From an uncultured Phycisphaerales bacterium (GTDB taxonomy: Bacteria; Planctomycetota; Phycisphaerae; Tepidisphaerales; Tepidisphaeraceae), in the NCBI GenBank assembly GCA_963792535.1, contig CAWBWQ010000001.1:512001-576000 (forward strand): a stretch of 64,000 nt of DNA. Direction: 5' to 3'. The translations under genes were made by a program, and so were the position numbers. Shown here one piece after another: positions 44,815 to 55,862 of the stretch; positions within the stretch are counted from its first letter, which is position 1; each line of letters starts with the position of its first letter. Under the pieces are notes generated by a model, which was not told the DNA's origin, did no database searches, and saw only the letters and a program-made list of their open reading frames with translations.

Positions 44815-45835
44815 GGCTCTGTCTCGACCCTCTATCTGTCCGCATTTTGTTCGCTCGCGCGGCGGTGCAACGCGCAATACACACTACAGCATGGAGACCT
44901 CAAAATCGCCATGGAAGGTGATGCAGCTGGCTTATCGTTTAGCGCAGTGTGTTCTGCCAGCTCATTCCAGCCCATGCAGTCGCAAGGATTTCACTCTGGC
45001 CCAGTTGTTCGCGTGTTTGGTGGTACGCGAGCTGATGCACTGTAGCTATCGCGGCGTCGAGTCGCTTCTGACAGACACCGACTGGTGCAAGTTGATCGGC
45101 ATGCCCCGGCCTCCGGATCACAACACGCTGTGCCGCGCGTTTCACAGCATCGTGACACTTGCCCGCACCAGTCGCCTGCTCGATCTGCTGGCCAGTTGGT
45201 TCGAGCAATGCAAAGTGCTGGGGACCGACGCGGCCATCGATTCCACGCTGTATGACACCCACCATCGCAGCCGCCACTATGAGCGTCGCCTGCGGCATCG
45301 CCGCGAGAGCGACAAGACCTCGGCAGACACAATGCGAGTCGCACCGGGCGGAAATCACCCAAGCTTGTTCTGGCGACCGATGTGGCGTCGCACGTGATCC
45401 TTGACGCGATGGCCAAGACCGGCATGGGAAGCGACGCGCCAGACTTTGTTCCGGTGCTCCGGCAGGCGACTCGTCGCCACCGTGTCTGGTGCGTCTACGC
45501 CGATGCCGGATATGATTCAGAAGCCAACCATGTGACAGCACGCGAGCAAATGGGAATCCGGTCGTACATCAAGACTGGCGTTGGTCGCCAGACCAGCAAA
45601 GCACCGTCGGGCCATTATCGCCGAATGATGCACTATTTGATTAGCGGCTCGCAGAAGGGCCAGCCCTATGGCTGCCGCGCCCAAGCCGAGACGGTAATGA
45701 GCATGCTCAAACGGAACCTTGGAGACAGCCTTCGCAGCCGCAGCACCCGTGCGCGAAAGCTAGAGCAAAGGCTGATGGCGATCACTCACAATCTGATGCT
45801 GTTAGCCAAGCTGGAGTGAGGGTCGAGACAGAGCC
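44815..45835 (+). mobile_element. IS5-family insertion sequence (ISH1/IS903-like), 1021 bp
   Basis: Perfect 18-bp IRs GGCTCTGTCTCGACCCTC; perfect 9-bp target duplication AGACGGTCC at 44806-44814 and 45836-45844. Confidence 0.93.
44891..45819 (+). CDS. DDE transposase, frameshift at ~45337
   Basis: PDHNTLCR, AAIDST, YADAGYDSE, Y(2)R(3)E(6)K motif YGCRAQAETVMSMLKR. Confidence 0.9.
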
Positions 45836-46058
45836 AGACGGTCCTCAAAAAGTCGCCTCATTGAGCAAATATTCTTCGTAGGTATTCGTCGTAGTGCGGA
45901 CTAACAGAGGATATGCGCGATCCGCGATGCGAATGAGTTCCTCTGTACGTGGCCAGCGGTGTTTGGACGTCGGTTCCATACCACTGCGCCGGCAAGGACC
46001 GCTCCGGGAAAATGAATTGGAAAATCTCGACACGTCTGCGCATCAATATTGCTGCACT

Positions 46059-49000
46059 ATGCAATGCTTCGCAAAAAGATTTCTCTTCGCGGTACTTATC
46101 ATGTCATTCTTGACGGCCGCCTCATTGAATGCGGCAACACGCGCGGCGCTGGTTACCGCGTCGGGTGCGGAATCACTGGCACCGCTGGCCGATTTGGTAG
46201 CGGTCGAACTGCACGACAACGGACTGGAACTTCTAGAGCGGCAACAGTCGCAACTGCTCCTTGCTGAGCAGAAACTGTCCGGCCTGTCCGATCCTGCAAA
46301 TGCGGTGGCGGCAGGCAAGCTGTTGTCAGTCGACATCTTTGCGGTGCTGAGTACCGAGCCCGGCGGAACAGCCCTCATCGTTTTCGATGCGCGATCGGGG
46401 GCTCGTCTGGCGGATGAAGTTCTGACCGGAAAAGCCGCCGACCAGCAGGCGACCGAAGCGGCCACCGCTTTGCACGGGTGCCTGATCAAGCAAAAGTCGA
46501 TTGTTCATCCGGTCTGTCTGCTGACGGTGCGCAACGCAGATCTGGGCTCAAGTATGGATCGCTTTTGTGATGGCATCGGGCTTATTCTGCAACGGCAACT
46601 GCTGGCCGATAAAGATATCACAATTCTCGAGCGGTCGTACCTTGACCAGGTGAATAAAGAGCGAGGCCTGCCGACATCGCGGCCATCGGCACCCTTGATG
46701 CCGTCGCTGCAATTTCTGGAACTGGAAATCAGCCGGGGAAAGGAACCGGGAACTTATTCGGCAGCTGTCTTCGTCAGCGATTCAGTGGGGAATAAACTTG
46801 GCCGCATAGACACCAGCGCAAACAGTCCCGGCATGCTTGTGAAACAGTTGCTCGATCACCTGGTTGAAAAACTGGGGGCGACGTCGCCACAACCGCCGGA
46901 CCTGGATCGCGAGTCGATGCGGTTCGCTGCCGAAGCCGATTTTTTTCGCTCGCACCATCAGACCGCCGACGCGCTGATTGCATCGGAAGCGGCGTTTGCT
47001 TTGAGAGCTAGCGACCGTGGGAACCAGCGCCGCCTTGCAGTGAATCTAATCGAAGCAGCACGAGCGAGCGATTCGATTCAGGCTACTCTGCCGCAGGCGG
47101 CGCGTTCTCTGGATCTGTGCATCAATGCGACGCGCGACGCGAAAACCGTTCATCTGGTGGATAAGGATACGTTTTTTGAGACCGAGAAGCAGATTGGGTA
47201 TTTCATTTATCAGAATAAATCAGCACAGCAAAATCAAAGCTGCTCCGCAAGTTTTGAATCACTTCGAATCACCTTTCACGACTGGGTCATCGCGCGGGTT
47301 GGGCTCTGGGCGGCCGGCGCTCCCGATGCGGAAAACGTTCAAAGGTCTGAAAATACATTCTGGGGTAATATCATGCCGGAGCTGAATGAATCGGCAAATA
47401 ACCGGGCCGAGTACGCCGCACGATTTGGACGAGGTCGTCGGTAAAAAATGGCTTGGAGTGTATGACGCGGTGAACGGAATCAAATGGGATTTCGCCGACT
47501 ACATGGACCTGAAGCAGTTCGTGAAGCAAATCTTATTTGGCTATCAACCCATTCTGGTAACGACCTTCTCGAGTGACGTTTTTCCAGGATGGATTCAAGG
47601 GCTGAAAGATTATGCCGGTGCCGTTCCGCCGCTCTATGCACGGATGGTCGCATCTCGCGACCCGGCATTTCAACTTTGCGGGAAGGCCGGTGAGGTGTGG
47701 TGCGATATGATCGCCAGAGGCATTCCCCTGGGTGATTCGGAAAAACAGTTCCAGCCGGTGGCCGATTACGCCGAGCGGTTGATCGCAGATAAAACAACTA
47801 CTCCCGAGACCCGGTCACGCATTTATATTGTATGGGAATTGGCGATCGATCTGTTCCTGGGCGAAGACGCTTATGTCAACCGCTATAATTTGCAGCCGCA
47901 ACACGATCGCGCGATGGGCGTACTGCAAAGTTTTCGCAAATCTCGCGACGAAGATCTAAAGCCGCCGGTTAACCAAAAGCCGACGACGATGCCGTGGGCA
48001 CGCGCCGATCGTGTTTGTGAACTGAAGAAAACACCGGGATTGGAGATGATTGACCAGCTCATTCATCCGTTAGCAGGGGACGGATTCGTGTGGGCGATCG
48101 GCATTGGCAGTGATGGCGATAACCCATTTACCCAGCTACTCTGCCTTCCGCTAGTTGAGGGATCGGCGCGGAAGCTTGCCAGATTAGATGGCGCGTGGAC
48201 TCTTCCACCTCACATGGTAGACATTCGAAGTCGAGCCGCGATTTCCGATCGGTGCTATTGGCTTGCCACCCGCGACGCAGGAATTCTTGCATTCCCGCTC
48301 GATGGATCGCCAGCCTTTTTTGTTGACGCTTCCAAAGGGTTTCCGTCCAACCACGTCGAGTCCATCGCCTGTTGTGATGGAATTATTTTTGCCGGCTTGG
48401 CCGACGGTGGATACATCGTTCGGTATGACCCCAAAACATCGCACTGCCAGGTGCTGGCATCGTCGCGGCGGAAGGATAAGCGTTCGGGGTTGGACGACTG
48501 CCTGGCGTATGAATCGCCATGCATGGTTGCTGATTCGGCACGTCATCGGGTGCTTTTCTACACCTATCAAGTCAACGGTCGGCCGTCGGGTATCTGGCAG
48601 ATCAACGCGGCGGGCGAAATCTCCGAGTTGTACGAAACCAGAAATGTCGGCAATAGCGCATGGTGCAGTCAGGCGGATGGCGGACATGTGCTGTTCACCG
48701 GCAATTCCTGGGTACTGGATCTGGACCTCCAAACAGATCGGCCCACGGTTCTGTGGAATCACAAGAACTGGCCCGCTGGTCCCAAAATCCCCTCAAAAGC
48801 GAGAGGTAACACGGCATCTTTTGCACCGCTTCCTCCTCTTTTGCATCGCGACGGTTACCTCTGGTCAGGTGATAATTTCACCAGAACCGAAATAGAAACC
48901 GGCCGCGTGCAGGATCTGCCCAACGTGGAACATGATCGCGTTAATCCCACTGAAGTGTTCCAGTTGTTTGATGATGGCCGACACGCGCTGATGGGCGATC

Positions 49001-49059
49001 AGCGAACCTTATGGCAATTGACATTTAACGCTTCAAAACCGCCGACCACGCAGCCTTAA
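46059..49059 (+). CDS. Secreted protein, paralogue 1: two CsgG/HfaB-like domains, helical region, beta-propeller; frameshift at ~47420
   Basis: LELLERQQSQLLLAEQKL..AVAAGKLLSVD and ITILERSYLDQVNKE CsgG-type motifs; propeller-like GFPSNHVESIA, GYIVRYDP. Confidence 0.7.
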
Positions 49060-49069
49060 AACCAGAAAC

Positions 49070-52000
49070 ATGAAAGCGATTTTTACTATCTTGCTCCTTT
49101 TGGTTCTGCTGTCGCGGGCAACGGAGGCCGCGGTTCAACCGACGGTACGCGCGGCTCTGGTGACCGGCTCGAACAGCGATTCGCTGCGCGGGCTGGTTGA
49201 TCTTGTTGCGGTCGAGTTGCACGGCAACAATTCCCTGCAACTTCTGGAGCGACAGGAGATTCAGGCGGTGCTTACAGAACAAAAGCTGGCCGGCACGGGT
49301 TTAACCGATCCCACTAGTGCGGTCGCGGCGGGGAAATTGTTGTCGGTCGACCTCTTCGCGGTTCTGGATACACAACCTGCCGGAATTGATTTAGTTGTTT
49401 ACGATGCCCGCTCAGGCTGCGCGGTTGAATGATCAGATTTTGTCTGAAAGGTCGGCTGACAAGCAGGCGATTAAAGCAGCCGACGCTTTGCAACTCTGCC
49501 TCGAAAAGCAAAAAGCACCCACCCATCCGGTTTGTCTGTTGACGGTGCGCAACGCGGATCTAGGGTCGAGCATGGATCGCTTTTGCGATGGCATCGGGCA
49601 GATTCTGCAGCGGCAGTTGCTGGCCAATAAAGACATCACGATTCTGGAGCGGTCTTACCTTGATCAGGTGAATAAGGAGCGAGGCCTGCCCACATCACGG
49701 CCATCGGCACCGTTGATGCCTTCGTTGCAATTTCTGGAGTTGGAAATCAGTCGGGGCAAGCCATCGCATGCTTATTCCGCCGCCGTCATTCTCAGTGATT
49801 CGCAGGGCGAACAGGTGGGGACCGTCAATACAGTTGCCGACGACGCCAACGCACTGGCGCGGCAATTGTTGACCGGCGTGGTTGAGAAAATTGGAGCAAG
49901 TTCACCGGGACCGGGGGATGCGATTCGCGAGTCAATGCGGTTCGCATCTGAATCCGATTTCTTTCGCTCGCACGGACAATCAGCCAGCGCATTGGCGGCG
50001 TCGGAAGCGGCGTACGCGCTCAATCCAAAGGACTGGATTAACAAACAGAGATTGGCGAAGGATCTGACTTCAAATGTCTCGGCAAGTACTCCAATCGAAA
50101 CGGCAATCGCGCAGCTTAGCCGTGCGCTGGATTTCTGCTGTGACTATCAAAGAGTCAGCAGCTCGGCCGGCTTGATTGACGGCAGCTATGTTGAACCCAA
50201 CGCGAATATCGGTGCGTTTTTGTCTGCCAATTGCGAAGCCACCCGCAGCGATTCGCTGGAGGCGCTGCGAGTGCGTTATCGTGATTATGAGATTGACCGC
50301 GTTCGAAAATGGGCGGCTACACGCGGCGCGAGAAACCATGCACCTGACTGGTCGGACAGCGTTGAATATGCGGTGGACGGTCTTGGGGGTTTTGTCGTTC
50401 CGCAACTGAATCAATGCTCGCTCACACGTGCGGAGTTTGCTGATTGCCTGTGCAAGGTCATCGCCGATGAGTGGTTGCCGGTGTACGAGACCGTGACGCC
50501 TCAGAAGAAGGCTCATGCAATCGGCGGCGATGAGATGAAAGCCTTCATCCGATGCATTTTTGGAGGGTACGAGCGATGGCATCCATATGGTTTTTACAAC
50601 AGCGGTGATGCGACCAAGTGGGCTTACCCCGACAGCGATCTACGCGAGTATGCAAAGGCGATCGTTCCGCTCTATCAAAAGTTCCAGGGTTCTCACGATC
50701 CGGTGTTCCAGTTGTGTGGCAAGGCCGGAGAGATATGGTCCACCGCTGTTTGTGGCGGGCGTTCGCTCGATGATCTTCGCGATTCCTTCCAGCCCGTTTC
50801 AACATTCGCAAAGCAACTGATTAGCGGACCGATGAGCGATAGCGATCGCGACCGCGTGTACACCGCCTGGGAGATGGCGATCGATCTGTTTTTCCGGCCC
50901 AACAGCCACATCATGGATGATGCATCCATTACCGGTAAACAGCATGAGAAGGAGCTCTATGTCATGTGGGATTTCCGCAAGGCACGGCATGACTTTCCAC
51001 CAGCCGAAGAAAAATTGGAGATGTCCAAAACGCCCTGGTCCCGTGCCGATCGTGTGTGTGAGATCCACAAGACACTGGGCTTGGAGAACATAGACTTTTT
51101 GACTCATTGCTTAGTGCGAGGCGACAACATCTGGGCGATTGGATTAGGTCACACCGCACAGCAAAGATTCGTCCAGCTATTACGCCTGCCGCTTGTGGAA
51201 GGACCCGCGACACGCTTTGAGAAGCTCGATCTGCAATGGACAGGAGAAGAATATATTCCGCCCAATTGCAGTTCTGACAGTGCTGCATGCCTAAGCGACG
51301 ATTGCTATTACCTCAGCAGTCGCGGCATCGGCATTATGGCGTTTCCTCTCAATGGCGACGCGGGTTTCCTGATCAACAGTAAACAAGGTTTGCCTACCGA
51401 CCATGTCGACTCGATCGCCTATCTCGATGACAGCCTGTTCGCCGGGCTTGGTGATGGTGGGTACATCATTCGGTACGATCTGAAGAACGCTCGCTGCGAT
51501 GTTTTAGCATCATCCCGGCGTAAGGATAAACACTCGCCTCTGGATGACACCCTGGTATGGGATGCCCCATGCATGGCGGCCGATCCCTCGCGAGATCGCA
51601 TTGTGATGTTGGCCGGTTCGCGTGAAAAAGCGGGTGTCTGGCAGATCAATTCTGCCGGGGTCATCGCGCAGATCTACCAGACCAGCGGTGTGGGATTCGG
51701 CAGCTGGTTCAGCAATCTGGACGGGGATCATCTTATCATGTCCACCAACTGCTGGATCTTCGACATGGATTTGCGAACCGATCAACCGGATGTGCTCCAC
51801 AAAAATCCTTTCGTTGCGATCGGCCCCAAGATCACGCCTGCGTCGGCGAGCATCACGCCAAATGTGACTGTGTTTCCGCCGTATCTGCATCGCAACGGTT
51901 CTCTTTGGGCTGGTCATGATTTTACTTCTACCGATATCAATTCGGGAAAGGCACAGAATCTGCCGGAGGTCGTTTCGGCAGCGGGCCATGAGCGCGTGAT

Positions 52001-52118
52001 CCCGAACCAAGTCCTTCAATCGTTCGCTGATGGCAAGCGGGTATTGATGGGTGATTATCGCTCGTTATGGCTGCTTACGTTTGATCCTGCAAAGATGCCG
52101 GCGACGACTCAGCGGTAA
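49070..52118 (+). CDS. Secreted protein, paralogue 2 (same architecture); frameshift at ~49417
   Basis: Aligns by eye with paralogue 1 over its whole length, including LQLLERQEIQAVLTEQKL and VLASSRRKDK. Confidence 0.7.
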
Positions 52119-52706
52119 ATGTTGGAAATTCCCGGCGTCCATGCGCATCACATAGATACAGGTTATCGGGAAAAATCGCTGAGAGAAGACAAGAGAGATA
52201 TTCATGCGGATTGGTCGGCGGTGCTGGCCCGGCAGGTGCGCGAGAATTCGAGGCTGTTGTTTTCGCTGTCGTATCGAATCCTGCGGGATCGCGATGCAGC
52301 TGAGGACGCGTGCCAGAAAGCCTTGCTGGCCGCGTGGGTTAGTCGGGCAGAGATTGCCGATCCGGACAGGATCAAAGGTTGGCTGGCAACGGCGGTTATT
52401 AACGAAAGCCTGGCTGTCTTGAGACGGCAGAAGGTGGAGCGAAAGGTTTTAAGAATCATTGCTGCTGAGGAAATAGGAGCGGGCAACACGAAGCTGAGTG
52501 GTGTGGATGATTCGATCCTGCTTGCCCTTGCAGATTTGCGTGATGAGGAGCGTGGTGTGGTGACCTTGCGAGTGATGCACGGGCTTGCCGGTCGGGAGGT
52601 TGCCCTGTTGCTGGGTGTGAGCGACGGACAGGTTTCCAAGCTACTTCATCGCGGGATGGAGCAATTACGAACCACACTGGCCGATTGGAAAGAACGCAGC
52701 AGGTGA
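52119..52706 (+). CDS. ECF sigma-70 factor
   Basis: DAAEDACQKALLAAW, GWLATAVIN (region 2); L..EERGVVTLR..GLAGREVALLLGVSDGQVSKLLHRG (region 4). Confidence 0.9.
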   Translation: MLEIPGVHAHHIDTGYREKSLREDKRDIHADWSAVLARQVRENSRLLFSLSYRILRDRDAAEDACQKALLAAWVSRAEIADPDRIKGWLATAVINESLAVLRRQKVERKVLRIIAAEEIGAGNTKLSGVDDSILLALADLRDEERGVVTLRVMHGLAGREVALLLGVSDGQVSKLLHRGMEQLRTTLADWKERSR

Positions 52707-53632
52707 ACACGATGGATCAAGAGCAAAACAATTTGCCAATGCCTGCCGCGTGCGATCAAAGCCGGCGCATGGTGTTGGATCTTTCGCTTTCAGCCCGGGC
52801 GTGTGCCGACTTGGCGATGGCACTTGCACATATCGAGGATTGCGAGAAATGCCAGGATGCGGTCAATGAGTTTGACCAGATTGGTCAGATGCTTGCGCCA
52901 ACATCAAATGAAGCCGACTCGACTAATTGGGTGGATCGTGCGGTTGCGAAATTGCCTCCGCCGCATCGTCCGGTGATGCGGTGGGCGGCGTTTTGGCAGA
53001 TGGCGATGGCGGCCAGTTTTGCGTTGACGCTCGCGATGGGTGGCTATTGGCTTGGGCATCAGAACCAGACGACTACAGCCACGTCATCTCCGCCATCGGT
53101 AGACAACCCGATCGCACAGGCTGAACTTTCAAACCGGGCTCAGGCCTTTGAGCAGGTGAACCGGGCTTTCGACAATCGGGCGGGTTGGCTTTTGGTTTCG
53201 GATTCTGGATCAGATGTCGGATTGGATGCTGAGCCTTCGACCGAAACCGGCATGCTGCTGATTCGGTTGACGGTGAAGCGACGAAATAATCCTGCCGACG
53301 CTACCGCCAATGGCTCGATTGTTTCATCCGCGGATCTGGCGATTCTTCCAGGTCGGACGGCCAGGCTATCGCTGCCATTTCCGCAGGGCCGCGTTCTGTC
53401 TTATGAGATTTCGGTCGGAACGGGCGAGCCCACGCGATTGGATTTGTTGGCTGAACTGTTGCCAGCCGGTGGGTCGGGCCGATCAACCGGGACGATCGCG
53501 CGAAAGCCATTGGCGGCACTTTCTGCAACAGTAGACATGCATCCCGGCGGAGCGTCACCCGCTGGATCGTTTGTCACCGGAACAGCCGGCTACGAAGTAT
53601 CGATCGGATTTGCCAAAGCGAAGTTGCCATGA
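52703..53632 (+). CDS. Zinc-binding (ZAS) transmembrane anti-sigma factor
   Basis: HxxxCxxC (HIEDCEKC), one TM helix, extracytoplasmic C-terminal domain; GTGA overlap with the sigma gene. Confidence 0.8.
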   Translation: MNTMDQEQNNLPMPAACDQSRRMVLDLSLSARACADLAMALAHIEDCEKCQDAVNEFDQIGQMLAPTSNEADSTNWVDRAVAKLPPPHRPVMRWAAFWQMAMAASFALTLAMGGYWLGHQNQTTTATSSPPSVDNPIAQAELSNRAQAFEQVNRAFDNRAGWLLVSDSGSDVGLDAEPSTETGMLLIRLTVKRRNNPADATANGSIVSSADLAILPGRTARLSLPFPQGRVLSYEISVGTGEPTRLDLLAELLPAGGSGRSTGTIARKPLAALSATVDMHPGGASPAGSFVTGTAGYEVSIGFAKAKLP

Positions 53633-54657
53633 AACAACTGATTCTTTTGCTGCTGACCATCACCCACGGCGGGCACTGGCTCGCGGGTCATACCGAGTCT
53701 GTCACCGTCACATGGCCGACCGATTCAGGTCTGCCCGCGTCAACGCTGCGATGGGAATGCAAAATGGGGTCGATCTCGCTGGCGAGCGGTAGCTGCGCAA
53801 TGCCCGATGCCGCCCATCCCGCGACGATTAAAATCATCGCCCCTTTGGTGCGCACGACGACGAACCTTCGATTTGTTTATCAGTTGAACCAAACGATCGG
53901 GGACGCCCAGTTAGCAACCGGTGAGTCGGAAATCCGCATCTATCCTGATGAGCTGCTAAGTGATTTCAGCTCGGAATATGCGGAGAAAAGCGTTGTTCTG
54001 CTAGATCACAATGACCCGTTGCACAAATTGCTGGATCGTTCAAAGGTGCATGCGACAACGATCCCATCGATCAGTCGGATTCAAATGCAGCCTCCGGATG
54101 TGCTGATGATCGGGCCGGACGAGTGGAGTGCATCACCACTGAATCAACCGGCGCTGGAACCACTCGCGCGAAAGGGCATGCAGATCGTTATTTTCCGGCA
54201 GGAGAAAATCGCAACGTTGGCCGGTTATCACATCGGCCATCGAGAAACGAAAACCGCGATGAACTGGCGAGTCGATCACGCACTGTTGACCGGGCTGGAT
54301 GAACCGACGTTGAACCATTGGGCTGCCGAGGTGCCGGCCATGGCGATTCAATTGCCGGTCGAAGAAGCCGCCCTTGAGGTGGGTTACTGGAAACCTGAAA
54401 CGGCTGCCAATCAAGCTGCGCCGATCGATGCATTGCTGGTCACACGGACCATCGGCTTGGGAAGGATTATTCTGTGCCAATTGCCGACGGATGATTGGGC
54501 CGACGACCCACGCGGACAGGTTCTTCTACATAACATACTCGCGTACCTGGCCACTCGCCCGGAGCCAACACCACCGCCGAGTCAACGCCAACCGGCGGCG
54601 ATCGCTCCGGTTCAACGCGAACGCAATATTGTCATCTCTCCCGGAGCACAACCATGA
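53629..54657 (+). CDS. Secreted hypothetical protein (Ig-like plus GATase1-like domain)
   Basis: Signal-like N-terminus; PDVLMIGPD, RTIGLGRIILCQL, DPRGQVLLHNILAYL; ATGA overlaps at both ends. Confidence 0.55.
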   Translation: MKQLILLLLTITHGGHWLAGHTESVTVTWPTDSGLPASTLRWECKMGSISLASGSCAMPDAAHPATIKIIAPLVRTTTNLRFVYQLNQTIGDAQLATGESEIRIYPDELLSDFSSEYAEKSVVLLDHNDPLHKLLDRSKVHATTIPSISRIQMQPPDVLMIGPDEWSASPLNQPALEPLARKGMQIVIFRQEKIATLAGYHIGHRETKTAMNWRVDHALLTGLDEPTLNHWAAEVPAMAIQLPVEEAALEVGYWKPETAANQAAPIDALLVTRTIGLGRIILCQLPTDDWADDPRGQVLLHNILAYLATRPEPTPPPSQRQPAAIAPVQRERNIVISPGAQP

Positions 54658-55655
54658 AATGGACATTCATCGCCGCATCATTTTTCGTCTGCCTGAGCGC
54701 GGCGGCGCTTTCAGCACAGATTGTGCCCACGACTCAAGCCTCCGCGAAATTGACCGTCGCAATTCTGGATTTTGATACCAGTACCACCAGCACTCCAGAG
54801 ATGGGCAAACAGATCGGCGAAGCACTGACGGCCATGCTTAGTTCCGAAGACGGTTTCACACTGGTTGACCGCGCCTCGCTTACCCGCACATTGCAGGAAC
54901 ACGAACTGTCACTGACCGGCCTGGCCAAACCCGAAGATGCAACGCGTGTCGGTCTACTGGTGGGAGCAAAACTTTTAGTCACCGGCAAAGCATTCGTGCT
55001 CGACAAAAACATTTATGTCACCGCAAAAATCATCGGCACGGAAACCAGCCTGGTAGATGGGGTGCTTGTAAAGGATGTTCAGGATGCCGATGTGGGCACG
55101 TTGGTGATGAAACTATCAGAGAAACTGGCCGAACATGTTCGCGCAAACGGTCCCAAGTTGATCGGCTTACCCGACCCGATCGATCCGATCCCCGCGATGA
55201 AAGCGAAGCTTGCGGGGCGAAAACTCCCAAAGATCGCCATTTCAGCCACTGAGCTTCATTACCCTGAAGTTCACCAGCGTCCGATTGACCCCGCGGTGGA
55301 AACAGAACTGACATCGGTGCTGAAACAGCTGGGGTTTGAAGTGATCAGCGCGGATAACGCAAACCTGGCCGACCAGGGCGTAGATGAAGTTCTCAAAAGC
55401 GAAGCGTTTAGCGAGTTCGGTGCCCATATTGGGAATCTGGTGACCTGCTCCGCTCGGGCTGAAATCAAACTAACGAATCGGAAAACGAATGGGATTGTTT
55501 TAAGCGACAGCACAACCACACGAGCCGCTGATCTATCGGAAAACATCGCCGGCAAAACAGCGTTGCAAAAGGCGGGGCACGAATTGGCGTTACGAGTGGG
55601 ACAGCATTTCATTGATGAAACTACAGCCAGGACAACGACCAAGCCGGTGAAGTAA
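54654..55655 (+). CDS. CsgG/HfaB family protein (two alpha/beta domains)
   Basis: TVAILDFD, FTLVDRASLTRTLQEHELSLTG, RVGLLVGAKLLVTG, TAKIIGTETS. Confidence 0.8.
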   Translation: MKWTFIAASFFVCLSAAALSAQIVPTTQASAKLTVAILDFDTSTTSTPEMGKQIGEALTAMLSSEDGFTLVDRASLTRTLQEHELSLTGLAKPEDATRVGLLVGAKLLVTGKAFVLDKNIYVTAKIIGTETSLVDGVLVKDVQDADVGTLVMKLSEKLAEHVRANGPKLIGLPDPIDPIPAMKAKLAGRKLPKIAISATELHYPEVHQRPIDPAVETELTSVLKQLGFEVISADNANLADQGVDEVLKSEAFSEFGAHIGNLVTCSARAEIKLTNRKTNGIVLSDSTTTRAADLSENIAGKTALQKAGHELALRVGQHFIDETTARTTTKPVK

Positions 55656-55862
55656 AGGCCGGAAAGGCGGGACACGTGAAAGCATCAAAGCTGATCGATC
55701 GTTGCTTGGGAGTTGTTGGATCGTTGTATGTGCGGACATTCATGCACTTATAACCAGAAATGCAGATCCGCATAGACACGATGTGTGGAAATGTACCGCT
55801 CGCGATCGCCCACCACTGTTCTCCGCAGGTTTTGATACGCGCCACGCCCTGCAAAGGCACCA

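Noticed and set aside
45330..45350. Programmed frameshift in the IS transposase
   Set aside because: No slippery A-run motif; indistinguishable from the background indels
46059..55655. Curli biogenesis locus
   Set aside because: No CsgA/B repeat proteins or CsgE/F; only the CsgG-like fold motif is shared
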